64,000 nt of DNA from an uncultured Terriglobus sp. (lineage in GTDB: Bacteria > Acidobacteriota > Terriglobia > Terriglobales > Acidobacteriaceae). Shown here piece by piece: positions 20,424-29,010 of the stretch. The translations under genes and the position numbers were made by a program. How positions within the stretch are numbered: position 1 is the stretch's first letter; every line of letters starts with the position of its first letter. Under the pieces are notes generated by a model that saw only the letters and a list, made by a program, of their open reading frames with translations, had not been told where the DNA came from and made no database searches. The stretch lies in NCBI GenBank assembly GCA_964242065.1, contig CAXTBQ010000002.1, positions 22,697-86,696 of the forward strand, written 5' to 3'.

Positions 20424-23400
20424 ATGTTCCACGGAGATCGTTTCCGAGCGAATGGAGCTACCCACGTGCGCAAGCTGCGCGACCAGGCAGAACAGGCGAG
20501 TGCTGCTGTACCTGAAGTACCGCGCTGGTTTGAAGCGCCGGAGTATCAACCTCTTTGGGGTGTGCTGGACGAACTCGCGCAATTAGACGAGCCGCACCGT
20601 AGAAGTGAACTTCGACCGCATGAGGATCGTGCGACTCGCGATCCCGCGGTGGCCAGTCACCGCGAGCGGCTCGACAAGGCTCTGGACGCGCTTACACAGT
20701 TTGAAATTCTGCATGGTTGCGGCAGGTCCGGCCTGCCCATGGAGTCGCCTGCGCTGCAACTCTTACCATCGCTGGATGCATGGACGGAGCTGATCGCTTC
20801 CGATTCGTTCTTGCGATACTTGAACGCCTATCTGTACTTCGGTGTGCGCATGCTGTTGCGCCGCTGCTTCAAGCCTGAAGACGCGGACCCGGGCGAGCCG
20901 TCCGGAAAGCATAACCGGCAACCCTGGTGGTTGGAGCCGCCGCCACGTCTCTCTGCTTCCTGCGGCGACGCTGTTGCCAGGATTCACCCAGGGCCGCCCG
21001 ACTCCCTAAGCATCGCCTGCGCTCTACGCTACCTTGACGGCGGTGCAGTAAAGGGGGAGCTGGCGGACTCGCCCGTAAATGCCAACTTGGCAGAGACGCT
21101 GGAACTGTGGATTCGGGAGTTGCGGCCAGACCTGAAGGGAGCCGTCGGCGACGCACTGGACGAAATTGTGGAAGGGCTGGAAAGCTGGGCCAGGCGCCAG
21201 GCATCGTTCTACCTGTATCTGGCCGGGGGCCTCGCGTCGCCGCAGCACCCGTTACCAGACCGTCCGGAACTCGGGTGGAAGTGCGACACTCCCGTGGTCG
21301 CGCGTGTTGCTCTGGGCGATCTCTACTGGATTGCGGGGGTGCTGCGTGCAGATGTAAATGCCGAAGCCAAGGTAATGGGTCGAGTCGTCTCCTGGTTGGG
21401 CTTGCTGCGCTTTCGTGCTGCCGAACAGGGTGACACGGCGCGGCAGCGCGATCTGCAATCGTGCGAGGAAATCCTGCGGCAGGTGTTCGGCGTGTGCTGC
21501 GACCTCGTCCAGAACGCGTCAGATCTGGCTTCGCTGTGGCAACTTCGCAAAGCAGAGAAAGCGCGGGGTGAAGACTACAGCGCCCGCCAAATCAACAAGC
21601 AGTCCAGTCCGCCCAAAGGTTGGCGGGCGGTCTACGACGAAGAGCTGGACGAAGTACGTCAGCAGCGAGAGTTGCGTGACTACAGCTTTGCTTCCGTGTC
21701 CGGCACTGCCGGCAGGGCGGTCGTCGCTTCGCACAGCGGGTGGAGCAAGCGCCTGCTGGAAGGCGAACCCGTACCAGACCTGATTGGAATTGCTATGTCC
21801 GGCGGCGGCATACGGAGCGCCACGTTTAACATCGGTGTTCTTCAGGGCTTGCAGGAGCTCGATCTCTTGCGGCAGGTGGACTACATCTCCACGGTTTCCG
21901 GTGGCGGCTTCGCGGGGTCGTGGCTCATGGCAAATGTTTACCGGTCCATGTACTGGCTGGGCCGGCTCACGCCATGGGATCGCTCCATCCGGCACTTGCG
22001 GGAATACTCCAACTACCTGGCGCCGCGAACGGGCATCCTGAGCATGGATACCTGGAGCCTTGGGGCGCTGTGGTTGCGCAACACGCTTCTTATCCAACTC
22101 ACCGCGCTGGCGTGGCTCCTCACGATCTTTACCGGCGTTTACCTGGAGCGTCTCGGGTTCCTCTGGCTGGTAGCTACATCTTCGGGCAAGTGGAGCGGCC
22201 TTGTTCTTGCGGTCTGCGCGCTCTCGGTGGTGGCGGCGCTTGCTTCCAATCTGATCCTGCGCAAGGGTTGGCTGCTGCACCGGTTGGCTGTTCTTTCCAT
22301 GGGGTTGCTGCCGGCCTGGCTGGGTGCGAGTATCCTGTCTGCCCGTACATTCGCCGCCGCCCAGGCTGACAGGGTGGAGCCTCTGCCCCGGTGGGTGTCA
22401 GGCCCGCTCGGGCTGGCAGCCGCATGCGCTCGCGTCCGGTCGTCGGGAAACCTGCACTACGGCGAGATACTCCAAACGCTACTGCTTGATCGGCGATGGG
22501 CAGTGATGCTGGGCGGCACGCTCATCGGTCTCATCATCCTGAGCGGCGTCTCGCTCTTCCAATCCATCAACCGAGGCAAAGGCAAAGCGAAGGCGACTCT
22601 AAGGGTTCTCAGTGCCGCGTGCATCGCGCTGCTTTGCACCGTTGTGGTCCACCTCAGTCTGAGCGCTGTGGTTCTGGTGGAACGCACCTTTACGGCACAT
22701 CCGCACATGGGTGTCCGGCTGGACTTTCTGGTGTTCATGGTAGCGCCTACGCTTGTGCTCCTGACCTACGCCACGGCGATTCTTCTCCTGATCGGTCTCG
22801 CCGGCCGCTCGTCTGACGAAGCACAGAGGGAGTGGTGGACGCGTTACGGTGCATGGGTACTTGCAGCAGCAAGCCTGGGCCTGCTGCTACCGGCCATTGT
22901 GTTCGGGTCGCCTTGGCTCATGCATTGGTTGTTCTCTCTGCAGCGGCACAAAGGGCTGATCAAGTGGGGCGCGGTGCTGAGCTGGGTAGCGACCAGTGCT
23001 GGTGGCCTGCTTGCCGGTCACAGTAGCCGCACAACCGGGGAAGGGTCGACGCGTTCGCCCTCGCTTCAAGTGCTGGCGAATGTGGGGGGCACGGTGTTCC
23101 TGCTGGGGGCGGCGGTTACTGCGGCAGAGCTGCTGTACAGCTTTCTCCGTGCTTACGACGACACTGCGTTTGTTCACGGCGTCCTCGGTCATGAGGCAGC
23201 AGCTGGGCCTTTGCTGCTGCTTTCCGCGTTCGCGGTCTTGCTTAGCTGTTCGCTCATCTTTTCCTACCGCTTTGACCTGAACGTCTTCGGCCTGAGCGAA
23301 CTCTATCGGAATCGTCTGGTTCGCTGCTACCTTGGCGCGACGCGCTGGCAGCCGGGTACGCGCAATCCTGAGCCGTTTACGCAGTTTGACTTTGATGACG

Positions 23401-24743
23401 ACTTGAAGTTGAGCGATCTTGCCGGCAACGGCTTTCGCGGTCCCTTTCCCATCCTCAACTGCTCCATGAATCTTTCCGGAAGTTCTGACCTGATGCTCCA
23501 CACCCGGCATAGCGCTTCTTTCACGCTCACGCCGTTGCATTGCGGAGCCTCGCGGCGCTATGTCGGCTACCGTGACACGGCGCATTTTGCAGGAGGCATG
23601 TTGCTGGGACAGGCTGTCGCAGTATCCGGTGCGGCTGCAAGCCCGAACATGGGGTACAACACAGCCCCCCTTGTCGCGCTCCTGCTGACACTGTTCAACG
23701 TCCGCCTGGGATGGTGGTTTCCGAACCCGGGCACTGCGCAAACAGGGGATCGTGGACCGCGTGGTCTGCGGTACCTTGTCACGGAACTGCTTGGCCTTGC
23801 GAGTGAGCGCCGCGCCTACGTCAACGTGACCGATGGCGGGCACTTTGAGAACCTGGGCATCTACGAACTGGTTCGCCGCCGCAGCCAACTCATCATCGCC
23901 TGCGATGCGGAGTGTGACGAGACCATGACCTTCACGGGCCTGGCGAACGCCATTCGCTTGTGTGCGACTGACTTTGGCGCAGTGATCGAGCTTGACCTGA
24001 GCTCGCTCCATCGCGGCACAGACGGCCTGAGCCGCATCCACAGCGCAGTAGGCATCATCCGCTACAGCAATGGCAGCGTGGGCCGCATCATTTACATGAA
24101 GGCGTCGCTTACAGGCGATGAGGACGCTACCGTGGCTCAGTACCTCTCCGGGCATCCAACGTTTCCGCACGAGACCACCGCCAACCAGTTCTTTAGGGAA
24201 GAGCAGTTCGAAAGCTATCGCCGTCTGGGTCAGCACATTGTGCGGAATGCTTTGCGCAGCGCCGTTCCGCGTGAATCTCTCATTCGCATTGCGGAGCGCC
24301 TGATGGACACAACGACACCGGCCGCCAACTCAAGTGAAAAGTTCCTGGAGCACACCCATGCCCTGGAGAGCATGTGGCGACACCTACGGGAACAGCATCC
24401 ACTGCAACTGCAGCGCGATGGTTTTCTCCTGGAGTTGATGGGGCACGCTCCACACCGCAGTGTGCCTCGCCTGAGCGCGGACGTGATCTGCATTGGACTC
24501 GAGCTGCTGCAGCTGATGGAGAACTTGTTTACGGATCTCCGGCTGGATGACTTCTGGGAACATCCGGATCACCGCGGCTGGGCTTTGCTGTTCATGAGCT
24601 GGGCTCGCAGCCCGCGCTTCCGCATGGTATGGCAGCAGAACCACCACACGTTCGGCATTCGCTTTGAGCACTTCTGCGCCACGCGCCTTGGCCTGCAAAA
24701 GGATGAGCCGGTGCTTCGGGTCTCACCGCTTACACGTGACTAG
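20424..24743 (+). CDS. Large membrane-embedded patatin/cPLA2-like phospholipase with an unassigned N-terminal domain
   Basis: GIAMSGGGIRSA oxyanion loop, YISTVSGGG nucleophile, about 10 or more TM segments, SGAAASPNMG, TDGGHFENLG catalytic Asp. Confidence 0.85.
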   Translation: MFHGDRFRANGATHVRKLRDQAEQASAAVPEVPRWFEAPEYQPLWGVLDELAQLDEPHRRSELRPHEDRATRDPAVASHRERLDKALDALTQFEILHGCGRSGLPMESPALQLLPSLDAWTELIASDSFLRYLNAYLYFGVRMLLRRCFKPEDADPGEPSGKHNRQPWWLEPPPRLSASCGDAVARIHPGPPDSLSIACALRYLDGGAVKGELADSPVNANLAETLELWIRELRPDLKGAVGDALDEIVEGLESWARRQASFYLYLAGGLASPQHPLPDRPELGWKCDTPVVARVALGDLYWIAGVLRADVNAEAKVMGRVVSWLGLLRFRAAEQGDTARQRDLQSCEEILRQVFGVCCDLVQNASDLASLWQLRKAEKARGEDYSARQINKQSSPPKGWRAVYDEELDEVRQQRELRDYSFASVSGTAGRAVVASHSGWSKRLLEGEPVPDLIGIAMSGGGIRSATFNIGVLQGLQELDLLRQVDYISTVSGGGFAGSWLMANVYRSMYWLGRLTPWDRSIRHLREYSNYLAPRTGILSMDTWSLGALWLRNTLLIQLTALAWLLTIFTGVYLERLGFLWLVATSSGKWSGLVLAVCALSVVAALASNLILRKGWLLHRLAVLSMGLLPAWLGASILSARTFAAAQADRVEPLPRWVSGPLGLAAACARVRSSGNLHYGEILQTLLLDRRWAVMLGGTLIGLIILSGVSLFQSINRGKGKAKATLRVLSAACIALLCTVVVHLSLSAVVLVERTFTAHPHMGVRLDFLVFMVAPTLVLLTYATAILLLIGLAGRSSDEAQREWWTRYGAWVLAAASLGLLLPAIVFGSPWLMHWLFSLQRHKGLIKWGAVLSWVATSAGGLLAGHSSRTTGEGSTRSPSLQVLANVGGTVFLLGAAVTAAELLYSFLRAYDDTAFVHGVLGHEAAAGPLLLLSAFAVLLSCSLIFSYRFDLNVFGLSELYRNRLVRCYLGATRWQPGTRNPEPFTQFDFDDDLKLSDLAGNGFRGPFPILNCSMNLSGSSDLMLHTRHSASFTLTPLHCGASRRYVGYRDTAHFAGGMLLGQAVAVSGAAASPNMGYNTAPLVALLLTLFNVRLGWWFPNPGTAQTGDRGPRGLRYLVTELLGLASERRAYVNVTDGGHFENLGIYELVRRRSQLIIACDAECDETMTFTGLANAIRLCATDFGAVIELDLSSLHRGTDGLSRIHSAVGIIRYSNGSVGRIIYMKASLTGDEDATVAQYLSGHPTFPHETTANQFFREEQFESYRRLGQHIVRNALRSAVPRESLIRIAERLMDTTTPAANSSEKFLEHTHALESMWRHLREQHPLQLQRDGFLLELMGHAPHRSVPRLSADVICIGLELLQLMENLFTDLRLDDFWEHPDHRGWALLFMSWARSPRFRMVWQQNHHTFGIRFEHFCATRLGLQKDEPVLRVSPLTRD

Positions 24744-24801
24744 GAGGCAGTCTGCAGGTGCCAACATGCTAGGCTTAAACAGGAGAAAACAGCCGGATTT
24801 C

Positions 24802-25956
24802 ATGAGCACTGAAGCGCAAAAGTACACACGCAACTCCCCCTACACCTCGACCATGCTGGTGAACTACGTCCTGACCGACAAGGATTCAGAGAAGGAGACG
24901 CGCCACATCGAACTGTCGCTGGAGGAGGGCATGTACTACACGCCCGGAGACGCAGTCGGCATCCTGCCCACCAACCGCGACAGCGAAGTGGAAGCGGTAC
25001 TCAAGGCGCTCGGCTACAAAGGCGATGAGACGGTTCTCGACTTCTTCAAAAAGGAAACCACCTTAGACGACGCGCTGCGCACCAAGCTGCACATCGGCAA
25101 GCTGACGCGAGGCTCAGTGAACGCGTACGCAAAGATTGCGCCGGAAGGCACACCGGGGCTGGACTTTCTCAAAGGCCTGGCAGGGCAGGACAACAAATCG
25201 AAGGCCGAAGAGTACGTCTGGGGCCGTGAGTTCGTTGACCTGATCACGGAACATCCCGGTGGCATCACCAATCCGCAGCAGCTCTTCACCGTGCTGCAGC
25301 GGCTGACCCCGCGCATGTACTCCATCGCCAGCTCGCAGGCCAAGCACGCCGATACGGTACATACCACGGTCCGCGTGGTGCGTTACCACACCCATCAGCG
25401 CGAACGCCAGGGCTTATGCAGCGGTCACCTGGGCGAACGTGCACCGGAAGGCGCAAGCATGCCCATCTTTCTGCACGCGAACGGAAACTTCCGGCTGCCT
25501 GAGGACACCTCGGCACCCGTGATCATGGTCGGACCGGGAACCGGCGTGGCTCCATTCCGCGCGTATCTCGAGCACAGGCAAGCGCACGGCCACACAGGCC
25601 GCAACTGGCTCTTCTTCGGCGAGCAGCGCCGCGCGTCAGACTTCCTCTACCAGACCGAGTTTGAAGCGATGCAGGCAGACGGCACGCTGACCCGGCTGGA
25701 TACTGCCTTTTCACGCGACCAGCAAAAGAAGGTCTACGTGCAGGACCGCATGAAGGAGCACAGCGCCGAGCTATGGAAGTGGCTGGAAGAAGGAGCGTAC
25801 TTCTACATCTGCGGTGACGCCAGCCGCATGGCCAAGGACGTGGAGCAAACCCTGCTGGACACCATTGCTAACGGACAGAACTGCAGCCCGGAGCATGCGC
25901 AGGAGTACCTGAACAACCTGAAGAAGGCGAAGCGGTATCAGCTGGACGTCTACTAG
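24802..25956 (+). CDS. Sulfite reductase flavoprotein (CysJ)-like FAD/NADPH oxidoreductase lacking the flavodoxin domain
   Basis: RMYSIAS, GLCS, GPGTGVAPFR, WLFFG, AFSRDQQKKVYVQ, YICGD, C-terminal DVY. Confidence 0.87.
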   Translation: MSTEAQKYTRNSPYTSTMLVNYVLTDKDSEKETRHIELSLEEGMYYTPGDAVGILPTNRDSEVEAVLKALGYKGDETVLDFFKKETTLDDALRTKLHIGKLTRGSVNAYAKIAPEGTPGLDFLKGLAGQDNKSKAEEYVWGREFVDLITEHPGGITNPQQLFTVLQRLTPRMYSIASSQAKHADTVHTTVRVVRYHTHQRERQGLCSGHLGERAPEGASMPIFLHANGNFRLPEDTSAPVIMVGPGTGVAPFRAYLEHRQAHGHTGRNWLFFGEQRRASDFLYQTEFEAMQADGTLTRLDTAFSRDQQKKVYVQDRMKEHSAELWKWLEEGAYFYICGDASRMAKDVEQTLLDTIANGQNCSPEHAQEYLNNLKKAKRYQLDVY

Positions 25957-26094
25957 GACCAACCTAAAGGATTTCATAGCCTGCTGGAGTGCTTTGAGTT
26001 GAGCTGCTCCATCTCTACGCGTGCCCTCGCCACGGCTGAGACTGGGTAGACAGGCCGCCTTCGGGCTAAACTGGCGTCCACACCGGAGTACGCC

Positions 26095-26868
26095 ATGCGC
26101 CTTTTGTTCATTCTGCTCCTCACTGCCGTCCCCTCCGCCGCGCAGAGCGTTGCGGTTCACACGAGCGCTCGTACTGGTGGCATGGCGTCGCCCACCGGCA
26201 ATCCTGTCACCATGACGTTTGAGCGCACGCAGACGCAAACTCTCGCCGACGGCACCCACATCACCAACGTGACGCACGAATCGTTCTATCGCGATAGCGA
26301 GGGCCGGACGCGGCAGGACCATGAGTTGCCGTTTCCCGTGAGAACGGGCGCGCCGATGTCTAGCGTAGTGGTGCAGGACCCCGTTGCCGGCTTCACGCTG
26401 ATGTGGCAAACCGGAGGCGACAGCGCCGGCCCGCGCCATTTCACCTCATTGGACACGGATGCTGCCCGCGCCCAGGCTCTCCAGGAGCGGGCGGACGCTG
26501 CTGCAGCAAACCCGCCTCTGCCCAGACTGCAACGCGACCCGGCCCCGGCGCAGGGAAGGGGCGATGAGCACTCCCAGCCGAAGCACAACCTGCAGCGGCT
26601 GGGCACACAAGAGGTGCAGGGCGTACCCTGCGAGGCGACCCGGGCGACCACCGTGTACCCGCCCGGCTCTCTGGGCAACGACCGCGTCATCACCACCATT
26701 ACGGAGCGCTGCGTGTCGCACGAGTTCGGCAGGGCATTGCGCGAAGTGGAGAACGATCCTCGCAGCGGAACGCGCACCCTCACGCTGCAATCCATCACGC
26801 GCAGCGAGCCGGACCCCACGGTCTTCCATCCACCGGCGGATTACGCGGAACGATCGCAAACACCCTGA
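26095..26868 (+). CDS. Secreted hypothetical protein (paralog 1)
   Basis: Signal peptide; QTLADGTHIT...YRDSEGRTR, LGTQEVQG, EPDPTVFHPPADY. Confidence 0.75.
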   Translation: MRLLFILLLTAVPSAAQSVAVHTSARTGGMASPTGNPVTMTFERTQTQTLADGTHITNVTHESFYRDSEGRTRQDHELPFPVRTGAPMSSVVVQDPVAGFTLMWQTGGDSAGPRHFTSLDTDAARAQALQERADAAAANPPLPRLQRDPAPAQGRGDEHSQPKHNLQRLGTQEVQGVPCEATRATTVYPPGSLGNDRVITTITERCVSHEFGRALREVENDPRSGTRTLTLQSITRSEPDPTVFHPPADYAERSQTP

Positions 26869-26962
26869 GCCAGTACACCTGAAATTTTCTGACGTCACCC
26901 TGCTACTTTCCTTCGTTATGCCCGTCTCTTCTGCTGTACGACTCACTTCTGAGGTGCCGCTC

Positions 26963-27793
26963 ATGACCGAACGCCTGCTCTCCGCCTCTGCCGCTGTACT
27001 GCTTACCGCGTTCCCAGCCCTGGCGCAGGGTCCGGGCGGCCCCATGGTGCATGGCCCTGGTGGGTTCGGCGGGCCCATGCGCGCTCCGGTCACCAATGCG
27101 CCCTACTCCGCGACGTTTACCAGCACCTCCACGGAAAAGCTGCAGGACGGCACCGTGCTGACCCGCACCGACACACGCACGGCAAGCCGCGACAGCCTGG
27201 GCCGCACGCGTGAGGAAGTGACCTTCCCGGCACGCGGCGACGCCGCCGCGCGCACCTCCATTACCATCTTTGACCCGGTCGCGAAGACGATCACGATGCT
27301 GCGGCCCGACGAGAAAACCGCCGTCGTCCGCGCGTTGCGCACCCCGCCGGCACCGCCCAGCGGCACAGGAGTGCCCTCCACCACCGACCACCCGCGTGGG
27401 CCGCGTGAGGACAGGAACATCGCCAAAACCGACCTGGGCTCCAAGACCATCGACGGCGACGTCGCCACGGGCACGCGCATCACCCGCACCATTCCTGCAG
27501 GCACCATGGGCAACGCCACGGCTATCGTTTCCACGGATGAAAAGTGGGTTTCGACCGACCTCAAGATCGAGCTGGCGCGTACCGACACCGACCCATTCCA
27601 TGGCACACAGACCACGTCCGTCTCCGGCCTGAACCGGGCAGAGCCGGATGCCGCGCTGTTCACCGTGCCCCCGGGCTACACCGTCAAGCAGGCACCGGAT
27701 CACGCCGGTGGCCGCCACGGCTTCGGCCCGCGCGGGGCAGACGTGCCCCCACCACCGCCCACGAACAGCAGCGCCTCCACTCCTGGCCTGTAA
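26963..27793 (+). CDS. Secreted hypothetical protein (paralog 2)
   Basis: ATG follows GAGG; signal peptide; EKLQDGTVLT...RDSLGRTR, LGSKTIDG, EPDAALFTVPPGY. Confidence 0.75.
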   Translation: MTERLLSASAAVLLTAFPALAQGPGGPMVHGPGGFGGPMRAPVTNAPYSATFTSTSTEKLQDGTVLTRTDTRTASRDSLGRTREEVTFPARGDAAARTSITIFDPVAKTITMLRPDEKTAVVRALRTPPAPPSGTGVPSTTDHPRGPREDRNIAKTDLGSKTIDGDVATGTRITRTIPAGTMGNATAIVSTDEKWVSTDLKIELARTDTDPFHGTQTTSVSGLNRAEPDAALFTVPPGYTVKQAPDHAGGRHGFGPRGADVPPPPPTNSSASTPGL

Positions 27794-27963
27794 GCGCCAT
27801 CGCGGCACGGTCCACATTGCTTGGGCGATCTTAGGGCACAGGTCCGTAACACTGAGAGCCGAAGCAGCAAGGGTCACTCGCTGCTTAACTGCCGTTGCGG
27901 AAGAGATGACTCACCGCTCGGGTGCCAATCGCGGCAGAAGTCACTCACCGTCTGAGTAATCTT

Positions 27964-28051
27964 GCGGGCCACAGGTCCGCGTTGTAATAGCCTGGGGCGC
28001 AGCCCCAGGTACACCGCCGCAAGCGACATGCGGGCTGAAGGCCCGCGCTAC
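27964..28051. repeat. REP/BIME-like cluster of three short palindromes
   Basis: gcgggccacaggtccgc; cctggggcgcagccccagg; gcgggctgaaggcccgc followed by gctac (GTAG on the minus strand). Confidence 0.65.
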
Positions 28052-28124
28052 ACGACGCCGACATGTACCGCAAACGGCGCGCACCGGAAGCCACACGCTT
28101 CGCACCGGCGTCTAACTCCTCACG

Positions 28125-28958
28125 GTGAAGTGGTCCTCACAACGCAAAACGGCATGGGCAGGGCTGCTTTCCGCAGTGCTGGCCGGTGCCCTGTACGCGC
28201 AGCGCGCCTTCCGTGAGTACCCGTCGGTCGAATATGGCGGCCACTTTCCGCTCCCCGACGACTGGCAGCGCCCCGGCGAGTGGACCTTTGCCCGGCTCAT
28301 GTACCCGCCCGGCCCGCTCGACGGCTACGCCGGGCGCTTCGACGGCCCCTGGCAGCAGGGCCTCTCGCTCTGGACGCAGGACTATCCCCGCGCCGATCGC
28401 GCCCTGGCCAACGCCGTTCGCCGCCTTACCCGCACCGACGCACGCTCCGTGGAGCAGTCCGTCTCGCTCGACGATGGCGACGAAATCTACAACTGGCCGT
28501 GGCTCTACGCCGTGCAGGTGGGCGAGTGGGGCCTGACAGACAAACAGGTCGCCAAGCTGCGCGACTACCTGCTGCGCGGCGGCTTCTTCATGGCCGACGA
28601 CTGCCACGGCTCGCAGGAGCAGGCGTATTTTGAACACACCATGAAGGTTGTCTTCCCCGAGCGCGAACTGGTCGACATCCCCGACAGCGACCCCATCTTC
28701 CACATGCTCTTCGACCTCGACGACCGCATGCAGGTCCCCGGCGCCGAACACCTGAACAACGGCCACAAAAAGGACGGCTACGTCGCGCACTGGAAGGGCA
28801 TTTACGACGACAAGGGCCGCATCATGGTCGCCTTCTCCCTCAACAGCGACCTCGGCGACAGCTGGGAGTTCCTCGACGAACCCCGCTACCCCGCCAAATT
28901 CTCCACCATGGGCACAAAACTCGGCGTCAACTACGTCCTCTACGCCATGACGCATTGA
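28125..28958 (+). CDS. DUF4159-family protein
   Basis: WTFARLMY, WTQDYPRAD, WPWLYA, LRDYLLRGGFFMADD, DLGDSWE, GVNYVLYAMTH. Confidence 0.82.
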   Translation: MKWSSQRKTAWAGLLSAVLAGALYAQRAFREYPSVEYGGHFPLPDDWQRPGEWTFARLMYPPGPLDGYAGRFDGPWQQGLSLWTQDYPRADRALANAVRRLTRTDARSVEQSVSLDDGDEIYNWPWLYAVQVGEWGLTDKQVAKLRDYLLRGGFFMADDCHGSQEQAYFEHTMKVVFPERELVDIPDSDPIFHMLFDLDDRMQVPGAEHLNNGHKKDGYVAHWKGIYDDKGRIMVAFSLNSDLGDSWEFLDEPRYPAKFSTMGTKLGVNYVLYAMTH

Positions 28959-29010
28959 GGGGCAAGTTTGCGTCGATGTTTTTGCTCTTCCGCCGTGAGT
29001 AAGTGTGACT

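Noticed and set aside
20424-25956. Patatin gene as part of a CBASS operon
   Set aside because: No CD-NTase, Cap2 or Cap3 nearby; neighbours are housekeeping-type genes.
27874-27950. Short repeated (g/c)actcaccg words as a CRISPR remnant
   Set aside because: Repeats are too short and degenerate, and there are no cas genes.
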